Notes under the pieces: generated by a model | Told to the model about the DNA's origin: nothing | The model's input: only the letters and a program-made list of their open reading frames with translations | Database searches by the model: none | Assembly (NCBI GenBank): GCA_965649765.1 | Contig: OZ287752.1 | Coordinates: forward strand, 83,266,001 to 83,330,000 | Length of the DNA stretch: 64,000 bases | DNA from: Bispira polyomma | Lineage: Eukaryota | Direction of reading: 5' to 3' | Made by a program: the position numbers and the translations under genes | In this document: positions 50,601 through 64,000 of the stretch, piece by piece | Layout of the letters: each line of letters begins with the position of its first letter | Position numbering within the stretch: position 1 is the stretch's first letter

Positions 50601-53188
50601 ATTGAATGGACAATGGAAACGCCTGTAATGCACACATGCATACCATCTATAAGTTACTGTGTCAACTGTCAAAGCACAAAGCCCCAGAAGCAACAATAAT
50701 ATCTGATTTCATTGGGTTTGGTGTTTGGGGGGACAACTCTACTCCTCATCAAAGATTGTTTTGTCAGCAGCTTATGCATGAGCATGCCAGTTTCATATTT
50801 CTGTTTACGTTTGCTCAAACACTCTTTGTGGGCATTACTTGGTCTAATTTATTGTCCATTTGTACATTTGTGTGAATACAATCTCAGGGTGGCTTCCATT
50901 GACTTCTCTTGACTCCTCTCTTTCAGGAGCTCAATATACATTAGTTTACTACTGAAGGTCACAACAAGGTAGTTTAATTGGTCTTTTTTTATTCCTTTTA
51001 TTGAACATGGCTGTTGGTACACACATGTGTGGCTGTCATGTTGTGCATGGACGGTGTCAGCTGTAAGTTATTACCAGTGACTTCTATTGTTCTCTGCTCT
51101 GATTGGAAATAAAGTCCCAAACAAATGGAAACTCAACACAACATCGAGTTTCAATTCAAGCATCGTGACATTTCTGCTGCTTTGATGGACATCATCTCCT
51201 TATACTTCCCCATTTCTCATAACGCCAAATAACCAGCCAAATTTAAGACATTGACCATGCATATACAGCCGATATATTCGCCCGAATCATGTGCAGTTGT
51301 GGCCCTTTTCAGTTATGAATGTATGTAAACCTTGCAGTGTGACTCCTTTTCCATGTGATCTGTCACCAAAATCCATTTGCCAATTAGAAGAACAGATTCA
51401 TGCAATTTTTGATCCCTAACAAATTCCTGGATCAGTATGCTGAATATGCCCACATTGGTTCAAGTATATTATATATAAAGCAAAATTTTAAGGCCACTGG
51501 TAGCAAAAATGTTTCTAAAATTCGGCATATCTTTTGACATAACCATGTTACAGTACCCTTGTCAAACAACAGTGCCTATAGTTATCCCAATAGTGAATAG
51601 TGATTAGTTCAAGGGAAATCACTTCTGGTTTGTATGTCAAATAGTTATCTATTCTTCCTTTAGATCCAGATTATTTCAGACTTGTTTACGGCAAGGAATA
51701 GATTATAATGCTATGTAAGTACAGTTTATAATCTATGCAAGTAAGTAAACAAAAATAGAAATATATGTTGGTAGTTTTCTTGGGGGGAGGAGTGGGAGGT
51801 TATCCTGGGAGGGTTATCCTGTTCGTGACCTATATTTACATATGTTGTGTGTTGATAACTACTACTGTATAGGATTTTATTGGTATAAACATATGTCTAT
51901 ATTTAGATATACTGACCTTAAACTGTGGGTAGATTTGCCCTCCAGTGTAGTGTTGTTGATAAAATTTCTCCATCACAGGATTTGGGGGAAAAAATGAAGA
52001 AAGAAATTCAACCTAATGCCATGGATAGAATTTTTAAGTGACCAAATATATTTGGCTTTTACAGTTACAGGGTTGTAGACTGTGGTATTTTATTTATCTG
52101 AATTTCTAATTTTTGCCAAAAATATACTTTTTACCAGGCTATATATGTAATATTTATGGAATCGCTATTGTATTCTTAATTCTAATACTCCAGTAGTAGT
52201 GTATGTCAACAATAAGAATCGCTCAGATTCATTGTGCTCCTAAACCATTTAAAAAGATATACAGGCCACCAAAGAATTTTTAAACAGCTTATTTTTACAC
52301 ACACATGTATTTCTGCCATTTACAAATATATTTCCCAACAGGTAAATCTAAAATCGCTGAATGTCGCAGCTGATAAACTGTTGCTATACCACAATTAATA
52401 AGGCTGAATTGTACAGTTGCAGTAGAAATGAAAGGCTTTTTTAATGGTCTGCCACATTCCTTTTCAACCATATAAACCATAAAGTTTGAAACAAACCAGC
52501 ATATAAAAGATTAAGTGACTGCAGAAAGTGTGGCAATTACCTGGGGTTTTGTAGCTATTGATAATTTTGACAGATTGAAAGGTTTCGCTGTGACATATTT
52601 CTTTGAAGTGTTCAATGGTGGGAAAACAAGGTTAACAAAAATTATGCTTACTTTATTGATAGTGTGTGAGGAAACCAGAAAAGGTTCTTGACAGTAATGG
52701 ATTTTGAAGGCAGGTGTATGGTATGCTAGTGGCTGTTCTAAACCCAGTCACTACTGTAAAGACTGTAGTCTGATTATTGCAGGCAGTTTTTGTTGTAGTA
52801 GCTTATCACAGTAGGAGACCTTCATTGAGATTTAATATAAATTTCTTGATTTCATCAGTAATTTAACTAACATACATATGTCACCTAATGTCATTATAAA
52901 GGCTTTGTAGTAGTGTCTTTGTTAAAAGCATGGTATGTGTGTGTAAAAAAATGACAATTGCAGTGGAAAATGTAATGTTTAGAGTGAGCGAAAGGAGAGT
53001 TATTAAGCTTAGTTTATGGTTAATCATAAATTGAAGTTCCTTGTTTAACTAGAGACCATGGAGCTTTTTCTCCATTGACTCCAGTGCAAATTTGATTTGA
53101 AGTCTAAAGATATGTAGTGACATGAGAAGGAATACAGCAAAGTGAAGTGTTATATATGAAATAATAGAAAACTACATGTATATGTGTA

Positions 53189-53448
53189 CTGTAATGTCTA
53201 TAATAAACGTCCCCAGGGGCTATTATTTAAGAAAACGACTATCTACAGAACATTTTGATTATAAAGCATAGGTCAGTGTACAGTAATTTACATGCTGACA
53301 ATGTCCCATCATATTTTAGTGTAATACTGCTAAAATATTGATATTTAGTAATTTAAAAAATCAGGAAATGGGGAGGGGGGGGGGGTGCTGCTGAAATAAT
53401 AGAGGGGGTGGGGGGGGGGGGGGGGGGGCTTCATTATAGAAAATATGG
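53189..53448. mobile_element. Degenerate TA-flanked MITE with G-tract subterminal repeats
   Basis: TA|CTGTAATGTCTATAATAAACGTCCCC ... GGGGCTTCATTATAGAAAATATGG|TA imperfect inverted ends. Confidence 0.5.
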
Positions 53449-55895
53449 TAAAAGCGTGAACTCCTGTATATATATGAGGTAAGGTATAGTGACGTGTATA
53501 ACATTAATGCTAAACTTGTTGTCCTAAGTTTCAGTTATAAATAGAATACCAGTTATTTTTCTCATAGCTCGGTGTATAAATGTAAAATTTAACATACACT
53601 GATAAATGTAAAGCATTTAATTTTATGGCATCAATTTTTAATAATATTTTTTTGCGGTTTTTGTGATCTTTAGAACATTAAAGTGTCAGTAATATTTCAT
53701 CAATAATTGTTTCACCACGGTACCCGCTTTGTACAATTGCCCAGGATTGCCCACATTAAGTATTTATGGTCTTGAATTAGGGGCTGATTTTTATAGCCTT
53801 TGTGTTCTATTTTACTATATTTATTATCCATTGCCTCACTAAAACACCACATTACAGGTAAAATATGGATAAATTGTGTCTTGTCTACACTATTTAAAGA
53901 CTTGCATAGTTGTGGCAATTGACTTTCACTTGTAAAGTAAACTGTTAAAGGACAGAATAATGAATAGTGTTTTTCTATAGAATGTAGTTATAACTTACTT
54001 TATTTAAATGTAAGACATCCGGTGGCCATTAATAAAGGTTATTATTTATAGGCTGATTTCGCTACTATGAATACTGCCCTCATTTAAAACCATTATATTA
54101 GTATTTTAGAGTGTAACAGTCTGGCAGTCAATAAATTTGACTAATAACATTGTAATTCTAAAACAATATTACATAATGACAATATAGGTGTATGTTTTCA
54201 CGATTGCCTATTCGTGTTTTAATATTGCCAATTTTACAGACAGATTTTTGAGGTAAAAAGGTTCCTAGTAGTAAAAAATTAAATTGGCACGTGCCAGTGA
54301 CTGCCTGGTGTAAGGAACCAGATGAAGATAAAATAGAACGAGTGATAGAGTCAGTGCCAGCCAGTGGGCTGTCCGGGATGGCCGTTGATGGTCAGCTGTA
54401 TCAAAGTGTGGACTAAAGGTCCATTCAGATCTCTGTCTACCAAGCACCTGCAAAGTAGATTAAAGTTTCACATGATTGGTCCAGATTTTCTGTCCAGTGT
54501 GAATAGGAAACAGATAATATCTGTTTTCTGATAATTATAGGATCCGGATGCTGCCCAGTGTTTTTCTAGCTTAACAGTGGTAAAATGCCATAAAAGAATA
54601 TTGTAAACAAAGTAAGAAGATGAATGTAGTAAAAACATATTGGGGTCCTCCACATGTTAAAAGTGGATACAGCTGATTGTCTGATATGTACACACAGTAA
54701 GTACTGATAAAAAACAAGGACTGCAGAGGCTTGTAAAAAACCGAGGAAAAAGGTTAATTTAGCATACAATGGTTTCCAGTAAAAAGAGGTTAGCCCCTGT
54801 TCTGCTGGGGACCTTTACACTTTGTGGTATAGCAGTGTGCTACAGACATAATTGTAAGTACAGTCCTGCTGTGAAAAGCTATTGAGGCCTCAGTGGCAAG
54901 GGGTGATGGTCGTATATATACACAAGAGATACAGATTCGTAGACACCTAGGGAGTGAAAGGCAAGCACCATTAAGGTGAAATGGATTATCTCCTATGCCG
55001 GGTGTGTACCAATCTAGAATCCCCATGATTATCGCCTCAGTAACAGGCAGTACTGTCGGCAACAAATAGGAAGAGAAATTGTACAAATTCTTCTGACAGA
55101 ACGGGTGGAACATTAAGGGAGGGAGGTGTTTGTGTTTTTAGTTCTCATTTTGGTGGACTTATGGCTGCAAGTTCTCTGACCAGTTGTGTGGAGCACTGTA
55201 CTGGTTGTGTGTATCTCATAAAGGTCAAGGGCATAAGATGGGGGAAGAAGGGGGGGGGGGGACTTTTGTTTTTAAAAAAATGGAGGGGTTTGTTTAACTG
55301 TTGCACACCCGTGAGGGAAGGTACAGACAAAAATTAATTCTCTACTGACTTCGGGACGTGTTTGAGAAGGAAAAATCAACATCAGAAACACGTCAATATG
55401 ATGTCATTCTTGCATAAAAATGATGTCATCTGTGACATGCCACAGTAGCAAAAGTCAAAAATGTTTATATTTTTGAATGTAGCACCCACCCTAAGAAAAT
55501 AATGTCAGAATATTTTTAGTTTCTGGAGGCCAAACTTTTACATTACGCAGCTCACAGCAATCTCTAATATGTCACATCTTACTCTATAGACCTCAACAGT
55601 ACTAATTACTGTAAAATATGGGTTTAGCCTTCTTGGTGGCAAAAAGGCCATATATTACAAGCTTTGTGTACAGGACTTGTGCGTCCATCTTGGCAGTAGT
55701 GTTTCTGTTCTGCCCTAGCACTTTAATGATCATCAGGATTTCCCACATGCTTGCACCAACATATGATGTGGTTCCAGTGAGTGGGGGCCACAAGAGGTTG
55801 TATCCCTGAAGTAAAGAGAACTCGATCATATATCAGAGAGTTTAAACAGGCTGATGCTAAACACAGATTTACAACTACCTGATTCTAGGCAAGTA

Positions 55896-56057
55896 CAGTT
55901 AAACAAACCTATATTATCCAAACATCTTGGGGGGAGTGTTCAGATAATAGAAGGTTCATAAAATAGAAGATATATTGTAGTGTAAAACAGAAATTTTTGG
56001 AAGTGAAATGGGGTTCATTTCAAAGAATTTCAAGTTTGGATAATAAAGGTTCTACTG
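55896..56057 (-). mobile_element. MITE family A copy
   Basis: TA|CAGT...attatccaaacatcttggggggagtgttcagataatagaaggttcataaaatagaag...ttggataataaaggttctactg. Confidence 0.75.
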
Positions 56058-57319
56058 TGCTTTTCTTTTAGGTAATCGTCTAGCTCAGTTCAAATTGACA
56101 TTACTTACGTTCAGTGTCCCCTTAAGACTATTTTATCTAAAGATAGTGTACAGTATATGGGGGAGGTACAAATTATAAGTCAAATAGAGATAAACAAGTA
56201 CATGTAATAGCAAAAAATATGGTGTATTATAAAACTTAAACATGGGTCTTTCTTCTGCGAACTAGCAAAGTTATTGATATTTTTTTCCAAGTCCCTAGAA
56301 AAAAACAGAAAGATATTAAATGTAATATTTCTTGTTTTATTTTTTTGGGGGGATAGAACATGTTTATCTAATTCTCCTCTCGGGAGTAGATAACTGGTTT
56401 TTTTCAGGAGTTTTTTTTAAGCTTTTTCTGACAAAGAGGCTGCAATCTATAGACTTAATGAGGAAGTAATGCCTGTTATTGAACCCCAGCCAAAGTTGAT
56501 GAGTTTTTTCTCTTTTGTAATAGGTGCATCAGGGACCATAAATGTGTTCATGCAAGAAACTGCATTTTGGGGAGGATTTAGTCGGATATTTGTCAAGGTT
56601 GTGTTTTTTTAGTTCCCACATTTAAGGTGACCTTAATAATAGATTATTGTACTATAAGCTGTGTTAATGTAGTTGGTTTAGAGATACCATAGCTATTCTA
56701 AATAAAACAGAGATAAAAAAACTAGGACCGGTTTTTTTCCCACTAGGAATCATTAGAAAGTCGCTGTCTTTCCGTATATGTCCTTTTAACGTGTCCTGTA
56801 ATTCTTCAGTAATTATTTAGCTAAAAGACCAGAATGGTCAACTGCATATTTGATCCCATTTGTGGGAGTGGCACATGTCACATTTGAATTAGATAAAAAA
56901 AACAGAGAAGCTTTGTGGGGGGGGAATGGAGTTGGGTAAAGGCAAGATTGATTGGCTCAGGAATTAACATTTTCACATTGGTTCAAGCAGAGCTTTTCTT
57001 GGCATATTGCATGTTATGTCTGAGAAATGACTCACCCACGTTCGAAACACTTTTCTGACTTGACAAGATAGGAAGTCTTGCGGGCAGATTTCCGGCCCTT
57101 CCTAAAAGACAATTTTCTAGCAAAGGCTACTTTATAATCTGCTGCATACTGAACATAGTTCTTTACCATACAGAGTGCTTCCAGGTGTAATGGTATGATA
57201 AAACTAAAAGGCAACTTTGTAGAGTGCATACCCTTTGCCAAAGTGCCATAGTTCTAAACAGTGAATAAATGTTACCGCACATATTCTCTTATCAGGATCT
57301 GCCAGATAATTGACTAACT

Positions 57320-57442
57320 GATCTGCCCCTAACATTTCATGTAAATTGGTTTAGTATTTGTTGTGTAATACTGGTGATAGAAAAAAAACCACGAAGAAAT
57401 GGACAGAGTGTGAAGACATATTCTCCTTGGTGGATGTAATAA
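57320..57442 (+). mobile_element. Possible 3' end of a Helentron-associated (HINE-like) element
   Basis: tttcatgtaaattggtttagta.ttgttgtgtaat.ctg...acagagtgtgaagacatattCTCCTTGGTGGATGTAAT resembles, from memory, the ...cctccttggcggaggtaat hairpin end; degenerate. Confidence 0.35.
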
Positions 57443-57536
57443 TGCTGATATACATCTAGTTTCTTAATGTGTAGTTACCAAATGTGTGACTCATAATCCT
57501 GATCTTGAGTTTAAATCTTAGGAACCATTAACTCTT

Positions 57537-57764
57537 GGGACGTACTCACAAAAGGTCTTCGTCCTTGGGTAAAAATTTATGTCTAAAATATTAAAGACTG
57601 CCTACGGTTAGTCTTAGTGTTTAGAGCAAATTTAACACTATTCAAAGATCATTTCTTACTGTCACTGGGACTAATGAAGACCAAAATCTTGATCGTCTTA
57701 GACAAAATCAACTACCTAAATCTTAAGTCTAAGTTAACATTAAAAGCTTTTGTGAATACAGCCC
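57537..57764. mobile_element. Harbinger-like MITE with 18-bp imperfect TIR
   Basis: GGGACGTACTCACAAAAG ... CTTTTGTGAATACAGCCC. Confidence 0.6.
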
Positions 57765-59721
57765 CTGTTTTTTTTCTTTTGAGAAATTGGATTGCTGCTT
57801 ATTTCTCTGTGATGAGTAGGAACCCTTTGATGGTATTTTCTCCACAAGGAGTCAGTGGATTAACATCAAAAGGTACTCATTAAAGACAGCAGTGTGCGAG
57901 AGATACCGCCCTTGTAAGGCAAGTGGCAGGCATGCTTTGGGTGTAACCACTATCCTTCTAACACAAGAAACCGGGAAAATTCAGACACAGTTATCACTTA
58001 GAGCCTCATTGGATGGTGATTAGACCTTGATTGTCTTCTTTTTATAAGATAATAGAGTATGTGTATTGTGGCCTGTAACTATGGAAACAAGTTACACATT
58101 ATAAACTGTAACTAGGAAAACTCATATTATTGAACTTACATCAAGAACAAATTGCTGCAGAATTGTATTATCTGTGTATTTGGATTTTTAGGAGGAGAGA
58201 AATAAAAGGAAGTCAATGTTATTTAGAGTAGGACATACTTGCACTGGAAGTCGGTATATGGGCAACAAAAATAGAACCAGAAATAAATAAATCTAAGTAT
58301 TTTGCTTAAATAAATACTCGTAAGCAATTTACATAAGTGGTTCAGCTTTGTTTTCTTTACTAAGATAAAACACTGCTTCACTGCTGCGAGATTTTAAACC
58401 TTTTCAAGTTCTACTTCTTTAAAAGAACATTGAACCCTCCAAATCTTTCGTGGCGGAATTTTTGAGTTTTTAGGAATATCATCCAGTGCATTTTGAGATA
58501 TTTTTTCAAGGCATAAGAAGCTAAACACAACAAAGGTCTTGGGTTTATCATGCAGGAAGCCTCAGCGTGTCCATTTGATATCCCTATGGTGTAGCGTTTT
58601 ATGTAAATCAAATCCAAAGAACAGAAGACTGACTGGAAATATAGCAGGCAGATATTGTTTTATTTGGACAAAAACTTGTCAGTAAAAAATGCTCGTTTTG
58701 CTTCCGTTCAAAATACTAAATAACATGGAAAGTTTTTAGGCTATAAGGTTCAGGGGGATTAGAAAATAGCCTATTTTAAATATAATAATTTAAATATAAC
58801 AATAATGAGTATGACATAATGTATATCATAATTATGTTAGACTTTTATAAAAAGCAGAATAAGATACATATTATATTTAGATGAGTTGTCTTGCAACTGT
58901 GAATAAAGTAAATTCACCTAAAGTCATAGTGTACTCGTATAAGACATATACAAAAAATCCACTGAACTATATCCTGCAAGTCATGAAGTAAATTACTCAA
59001 ACCTGAATTAAATTCATTAATTTAAATCCTGTTGGAGCCTCTTAAGCTAATAAAGAGTAATTTCAACATGACCGATGTGAGATAAGTAAAAAATGTACAA
59101 TAAATTTCTCTTTGGACACTGATTTTGCATAGTTTAACATTTTATAAAATACACATGTTTATATAGATTGATCAATTTTCTTATGAGGTTAATCCTTATT
59201 TCAGAGAATAAAGAAATACACGAGATATCTGATGTCATGAAGTTTTACTAGTTTTACAGCTTGTATTATTAAAACTAATGGTAACCTTATTAAAGAATAG
59301 AACCATTAGTCTTAACTGAATAATTTTTCTTGTTGATTAAGTATCATAAAAAGTGTTATAGTCACAGCTGTCTCTAAAGCTAATTATTAAAATTTAATTT
59401 ACCAGTCTAAGTACTCCTAACTCAGTTCAAAGGTGACTGTTTAGTTTAATTAGAACCCTCTCTGACTCACCGAGTTACTCTCTAGAACTATCGGCAACCA
59501 CCAGACCTCTCCGATTAGTACTCTGATTACAGTGGAAATGATTATTGATGCTAGCCAGCTTCATTTAAACTACCCATATGTCACAAATTAGGCCTTTTTG
59601 GAGAATTAAATAAATTCTGTAAATTATATTACTGTTTTCTATCCCTCATCGTCCCTATAATTAAAATAAAGAGAAGTTAAACTCATAGGGTATAAAATGT
59701 GTAGTTACGAATATGTTAGTA

Positions 59722-59875
59722 CAGTCAAACCTCTTTAAATCAAACCTCAAGGGACCAGGAAAAATACCTCTCCTTAAGCAGGATTTCCACTTAACAGGGT
59801 AGATTTAAAAGGAAAAGGCCTTCATGGGACTTCAAATTTATCTCCACATAACAGCCAGAATGACTTAACAGACTG
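59722..59875 (-). mobile_element. MITE family B copy
   Basis: TA|CAGTCAAACCTCTTTAAATCAAACCTCAAGGGACCA...ttaagcaggatttccacttaacagggtag...gactg|TA. Confidence 0.75.
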
Positions 59876-60362
59876 TATCTGTCTTATGGCCTCATTATCT
59901 CTTTACTCCCGAGTCTTGCTACAGAGGTGGAAACTTGTGACAAAGTCTCTTTTTAAGTTTGACTTCGCCCTAAAATATACCCACATTTAGTTTGGTCTAA
60001 AATTCCTTGCTATATTATAGGGGACCTTGGTAGTGTTAAGCAGAAAAAAAAAGGGATAGCCTTAAAAATATATATATATAAATATATATTGCAATTGATG
60101 AATGGCGTGACAAAGTGTAGTTAATGAAACTATTCTTGCCGTTTGAATGATGTATTGGCATTCTGTAATAAGTCTTTGATATCTCTATGAATGATTAAGG
60201 TAATAGCTGTTAAGACCCTGTTGTGACTGCTTTGAAGTGAAGGATAGAAGACTGATGACAAATGGATCTTTTGAGTCGATTTTTATATTCAGACCTTGTT
60301 TTAATGGGGTGGAAATTAACAATTAATTCACTTGGTTGTCCATTTGTCCCTTGTTATTATAG

Positions 60363-60517
60363 AATAGAGCTTCTATTATCCTAATATTCAATTTTATATG
60401 AACTCTTTCTATTTTTCATGTTCTATTTTATTGACTCACCTCCTGTACCTTTCTAACCTTCTATTATCTGAACTAAACAGTGCTCTCTCAAATAATTCAG
60501 ACAATAGAGGTTTTATA
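60363..60517 (+). mobile_element. MITE family A copy, abutting a family B copy
   Basis: tagagcttctattatcctaatattcaatttt...ccttctattatctgaac...caatagaggtttt. Confidence 0.7.
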
Positions 60518-60519
60518 TA

Positions 60520-60694
60520 TAGTTAAACCCCTTTAAGTCGAACCTCAAAGGACCATAGGAAAATCCCTCTACTGAAGCAGGGTTTCCATTTAACAGGGTA
60601 GACTTTACAGGAAACACCATTTATCGGACTACAGATTTTGCTCTACATAAAAGGGAACTCCACTCAACAGAGTTTTACTTCAGGGGTCTGACTG
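60520..60694 (-). mobile_element. MITE family B copy
   Basis: agttaaacccctttaagtcgaacctcaaaggacca...aagcagggtttccatttaacagggtag...ggggtctgactg|TA. Confidence 0.8.
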
Positions 60695-61633
60695 TAGTTT
60701 CATTTGTTGCATTTAGAATTGAAAAAGGCCCAATTTAATCTGGAGTATCTTGACACACCGAAAGGTAAGGTTTGGTTTATAACCTAAAGTGGTATAAAAT
60801 TTACAGGACAATATAAATAAGGTAAAGTGGAAAATAATACAGAAAATTGACTGTTGTATTCAGGTGATGGGAGTTTTGATATTAGAAATGCGTTCTAATG
60901 TACATACATGTTCAAGAACAGTGCACACTTTATTAAAGGTGAATTTTTACCCAAAGTAGTGAGGCACATTTTCTGTTATTTACAAATATTCTTTCTGTAG
61001 TGTTCCAAATTATCACTTACTCATGTTTGTTAACCAGCCCTTCTTCTTTACAGCTCATAATAAATGAATATGTTTTTGTACCTTTTTCTTAAGTAAGGAG
61101 TTGTATTTCAAAAGTGGCTTTTAAAGATTCATCAGTGACAATTCCAGATAGGTTTTTTTATAGAAGAAAAATGTGTTTGTTATACCCTAATGGGTAGCGG
61201 GAAGTGCTGTAACTTTTTAGGAGGTTCTGGCAAATTGTAAATTTTTAACAGCCAGACAAAATCTCTTTTTTTTTTATGGAACAGGGTTGAAGGATCATCA
61301 GAAGGAGATAGGGCTATTCAGTGTCAATTTGCTCTGCAAAGTATCTGTACTGGGGGCATCCATGCAATTCCTAATTTGGTTACATAGACACACTAGCCTT
61401 CTGTAGGCGCCTCTTGCTGAGGATTCTGGGAGAGTACACTATTCTTGAAACAAACTGAAGCGTGTATGCTTAATACTCTAGCTGAGTCGATGCTTGTGTT
61501 TAAAGTCCTTGTGTATTGAAATGTAGTGATGCTATTTATTAGAGCTTCTAAACTCGGAATATAAATGTTTTGTATAGAAAATTTAACTCTAAATGTAAAT
61601 TTTTGTACAGAATGAAGCCTGTTTTACTATATA

Positions 61634-61797
61634 CAATTGAACCCCTTTAAGTCGAACTTCCAAGGGACCTCTACTTGATTAGGATTTCCACTTAGGATTT
61701 ACATTTTAAAAGAGAATGCTTTTCTGCGACTACTATAAATTATTGTCCACACAAGAGAAATCCACTTGACAGAGTTTTACTTAGACCGGTTTAACTG
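61634..61797 (-). mobile_element. MITE family B copy
   Basis: TA|CAATTGAACCCCTTTAAGTCGAAC...aggatttccactta...acagagttttactta...ggtttaactg|TA. Confidence 0.75.
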
Positions 61798-61939
61798 TAT
61801 GTTTACTGTGGACAGTGTGACATGGAAATAATAAAATTAGCGTGTTCTCGTTGAGTCGAGTATCACCATGGGATATTTGACATCAGTTCCATGGAAACAG
61901 AGACAGAACATTACATGTACATATGTCGTGTATTTGAAT

Positions 61940-62137
61940 TTAGTTAGGTTTAACGTTGTTTTCAACATCTTAAAAGTCATATCACGATGGCCAGATTCAA
62001 TGGTGGAAAAAAACCACCCACCTACGACAATTGCCTGACAAACTTTCCCACATGAAGGAACGAATGGGATTCGAACCCACATTGGTAAGAGGCCAGGGAT
62101 TGTGTGAAGCAGGTGCTTCTAATCACTACGTCCCCCC
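61940..62137 (-). mobile_element. tRNA-derived SINE (same family as 42383, 31122, 33870)
   Basis: Minus strand: gtagtgattagaagc...GGGTTCGAATCCC (B box)...tgtgggaaagtttgtcagg...ttccaccattgaatctggccatcgtgatatgac...tgttgaaaacaacgttaaacc. Confidence 0.78.
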
Positions 62138-63249
62138 TTCTATGTCATGTGCTGTATACAGTAATCATTAGGAGTGTAGATGATGCTGGGCTTTGGTCAG
62201 GCTAATATATTCATTTTCTGGAGGAAATTGGAGCTCTGTGTGTGTGGTAACTTGCCAAATTACTCAAGTCATGTAGGGTGTTGGTCTTGCATCTTGTAGG
62301 TTTTTGCTTTTTCTTGTGGAGTCATTGTTGGTTTTTTAGTGAAAATGGAGTAGAGACCAGAAATGTGTAGGGAGCCAGCATGTGAAAAACCTATTTTTTT
62401 TGTGTGTGTGTGCGACGAGTGTCAATTTCAAGTTTTCACATAAACTACACACCAGTTGATTCTCGTATTATTCTTCAAATATTAGCCAATGTGGAAATCA
62501 TTATATCAGGACCTCTGCTCTTACGTCTATACACTGTTAGTGATCAAACGGTACATGTATACTCGGATAGGACTCGTTGGCTCCTCTGCAAGATTGGCAA
62601 AAGATCAATAATAAACAACCTTGTTTTTGAACTGTTAAAGAATTGTATTGCATAAAAATGTAAGTAAAATATCATTCCTTCGAATCAGAGATCAGAGAGC
62701 AGTGAAATGGTGTTAGTAAAACTAAAACAACTCCTTGTGCGTTCCGACCCCACCGCCCCCCTCCAATCCATTTCTTCCTGTTTCAGAAATGACATAAAAA
62801 AATGGAGGTTTTTTATTATTAGTTAACTCCCCGGAGGAAGAAGTAGTTTTTCCTGCTTAGTAGTATCAGAGTGCATTACTGTGACAAATATGTGATGGAT
62901 AGCTACTTTGCATTTGAGACACGACAGTTGTCGCAAAAGAGATGAATGACCGCATCAACTCCTACCAAGTCCCCAGCTTGACTTGTTTTTACAAAGCCGC
63001 CCGGGTGTGCAGCGATATATGGGACTGTTCTTTAGGTATTAACATCAGTCGCCTAGTGACAAATATAGTAAAAGAAAAGTAGACAGCATTATACATAAAA
63101 AAAAATGGCTTAAGATCAAAAGAAACCCATACTAAATTATTGAAAGCTTTGGAGTAATTAGAAATATGAAATTGTTTGACTATATATATATAGATAGATA
63201 GGACAATTCAAACACGAAAGTAGACAGTTAATATACTTTGAAAATGATT

Positions 63250-63412
63250 GTAGGTCCTGTATTATCCAAGCACAGTTGGGGGAGTAAGGTTCATTCATTA
63301 GGAGATGCATTTGAGTAGAAAACAGAAACTCAAGTTTGGGAGAGTGAAAATCAGGTTCCCGTAGAAATCACTACATCCACAAGTGGATGTTTGACTAGTA
63401 AAGGCTCATATG
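63250..63412 (-). mobile_element. MITE family A copy (degenerate)
   Basis: cctgtattatccaagcac..ttgggggag...aagtttgggagagtgaaa. Confidence 0.5.
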
Positions 63413-64000
63413 TATTATATGTTAGGAAGACCATACCTAAAAGTATCTAAAATCTAAGATGTCCTCCAACCTTAGACAAAAGTGAACTTAAAGCATGTTC
63501 TTATGGAGTAGGTTAATTCATCCTTTCTTCCGTCTATCTCTCATGTCAACTAGAGCTCTGTTTAAAGGAGGTTGGAGAAAACTCATGAGCAAATGGTGTG
63601 ATAATTTATTTCAATTAGGCCTTTTTTCTCCCTTTCAGGGGTAATCCAGTTAGACTTGCAAAGGTCGGCCTTCCCTTTGGGGGACATGAGAATACACAAA
63701 GTGTGCTGCCATTGTTAGGTCACTAGTGAGGGAAGAGGCTTGAGAAAAAACCCAAACCCTAGCCTACTCTAAAAACACATTAAATTTGCACAAATCCCGC
63801 AGCTTTTGTACGGTAGAGCGGCTATGAGATGCAATTAATTGATTGCAAAAAGGTGACAGTGATACAGATAGGCTACAAGCAGGCTATATTTGGGGAGAAT
63901 GTGTTTTTTCTGTAAATGCAACTTTTTGTCCCTCTTAAAAAGTATACACTCTATTACTTTAATGCCAATAATTAGGATCACAAAAAAAAAAAGTACCAAA

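Larger units (their letters stand above)
40232..64000 (+). other. robo: Large robo intron running to or beyond the window end
   Basis: Donor GTGAGT at 40232. I found no Ig2-type exon (LRDDFR..P....CxPP.G.PEP) by eye downstream; the region is repeat-rich non-coding DNA. A small exon could have been missed. Confidence 0.6.

Noticed and set aside
58381-58400. CTGCTGCGAGATTTT as the start of the Ig2 exon (LRDDF-like)
   Set aside because: No suitable acceptor, and the following sequence does not encode Ig2 motifs.

Overview
AT-rich, CpG-poor animal genomic DNA, probably from an invertebrate; the SINE/MITE content suggests a mollusc or other lophotrochozoan, but that is inference. The only coding sequence I can support is two + strand exons (36786-37015 and 40135-40231, 327 nt in total). 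Together they encode the complete first Ig domain (Ig1, the Slit-binding domain) of a Roundabout (Robo) receptor. The rest looks like very large introns containing at least 16 copies of one TA-flanked MITE family, five copies of a second, several PIF/Harbinger-like MITEs, tRNA-derived SINEs and small tandem duplications. The standout structure is at 36964-37959. The last ~50 nt of the first Robo exon plus its 5' splice site (…CATAATAAG|GTAAGT) is tandemly repeated 17 times, and 16 copies keep an intact consensus donor. Only the first donor gives an open reading frame, and the recurring differences between copies fall mostly on third codon positions. Apart from the three ORFs on this exon and array (36770, 37075, 37494), the ORF track appears spurious. 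Coordinates of degenerate repeat copies were read by eye and are approximate.
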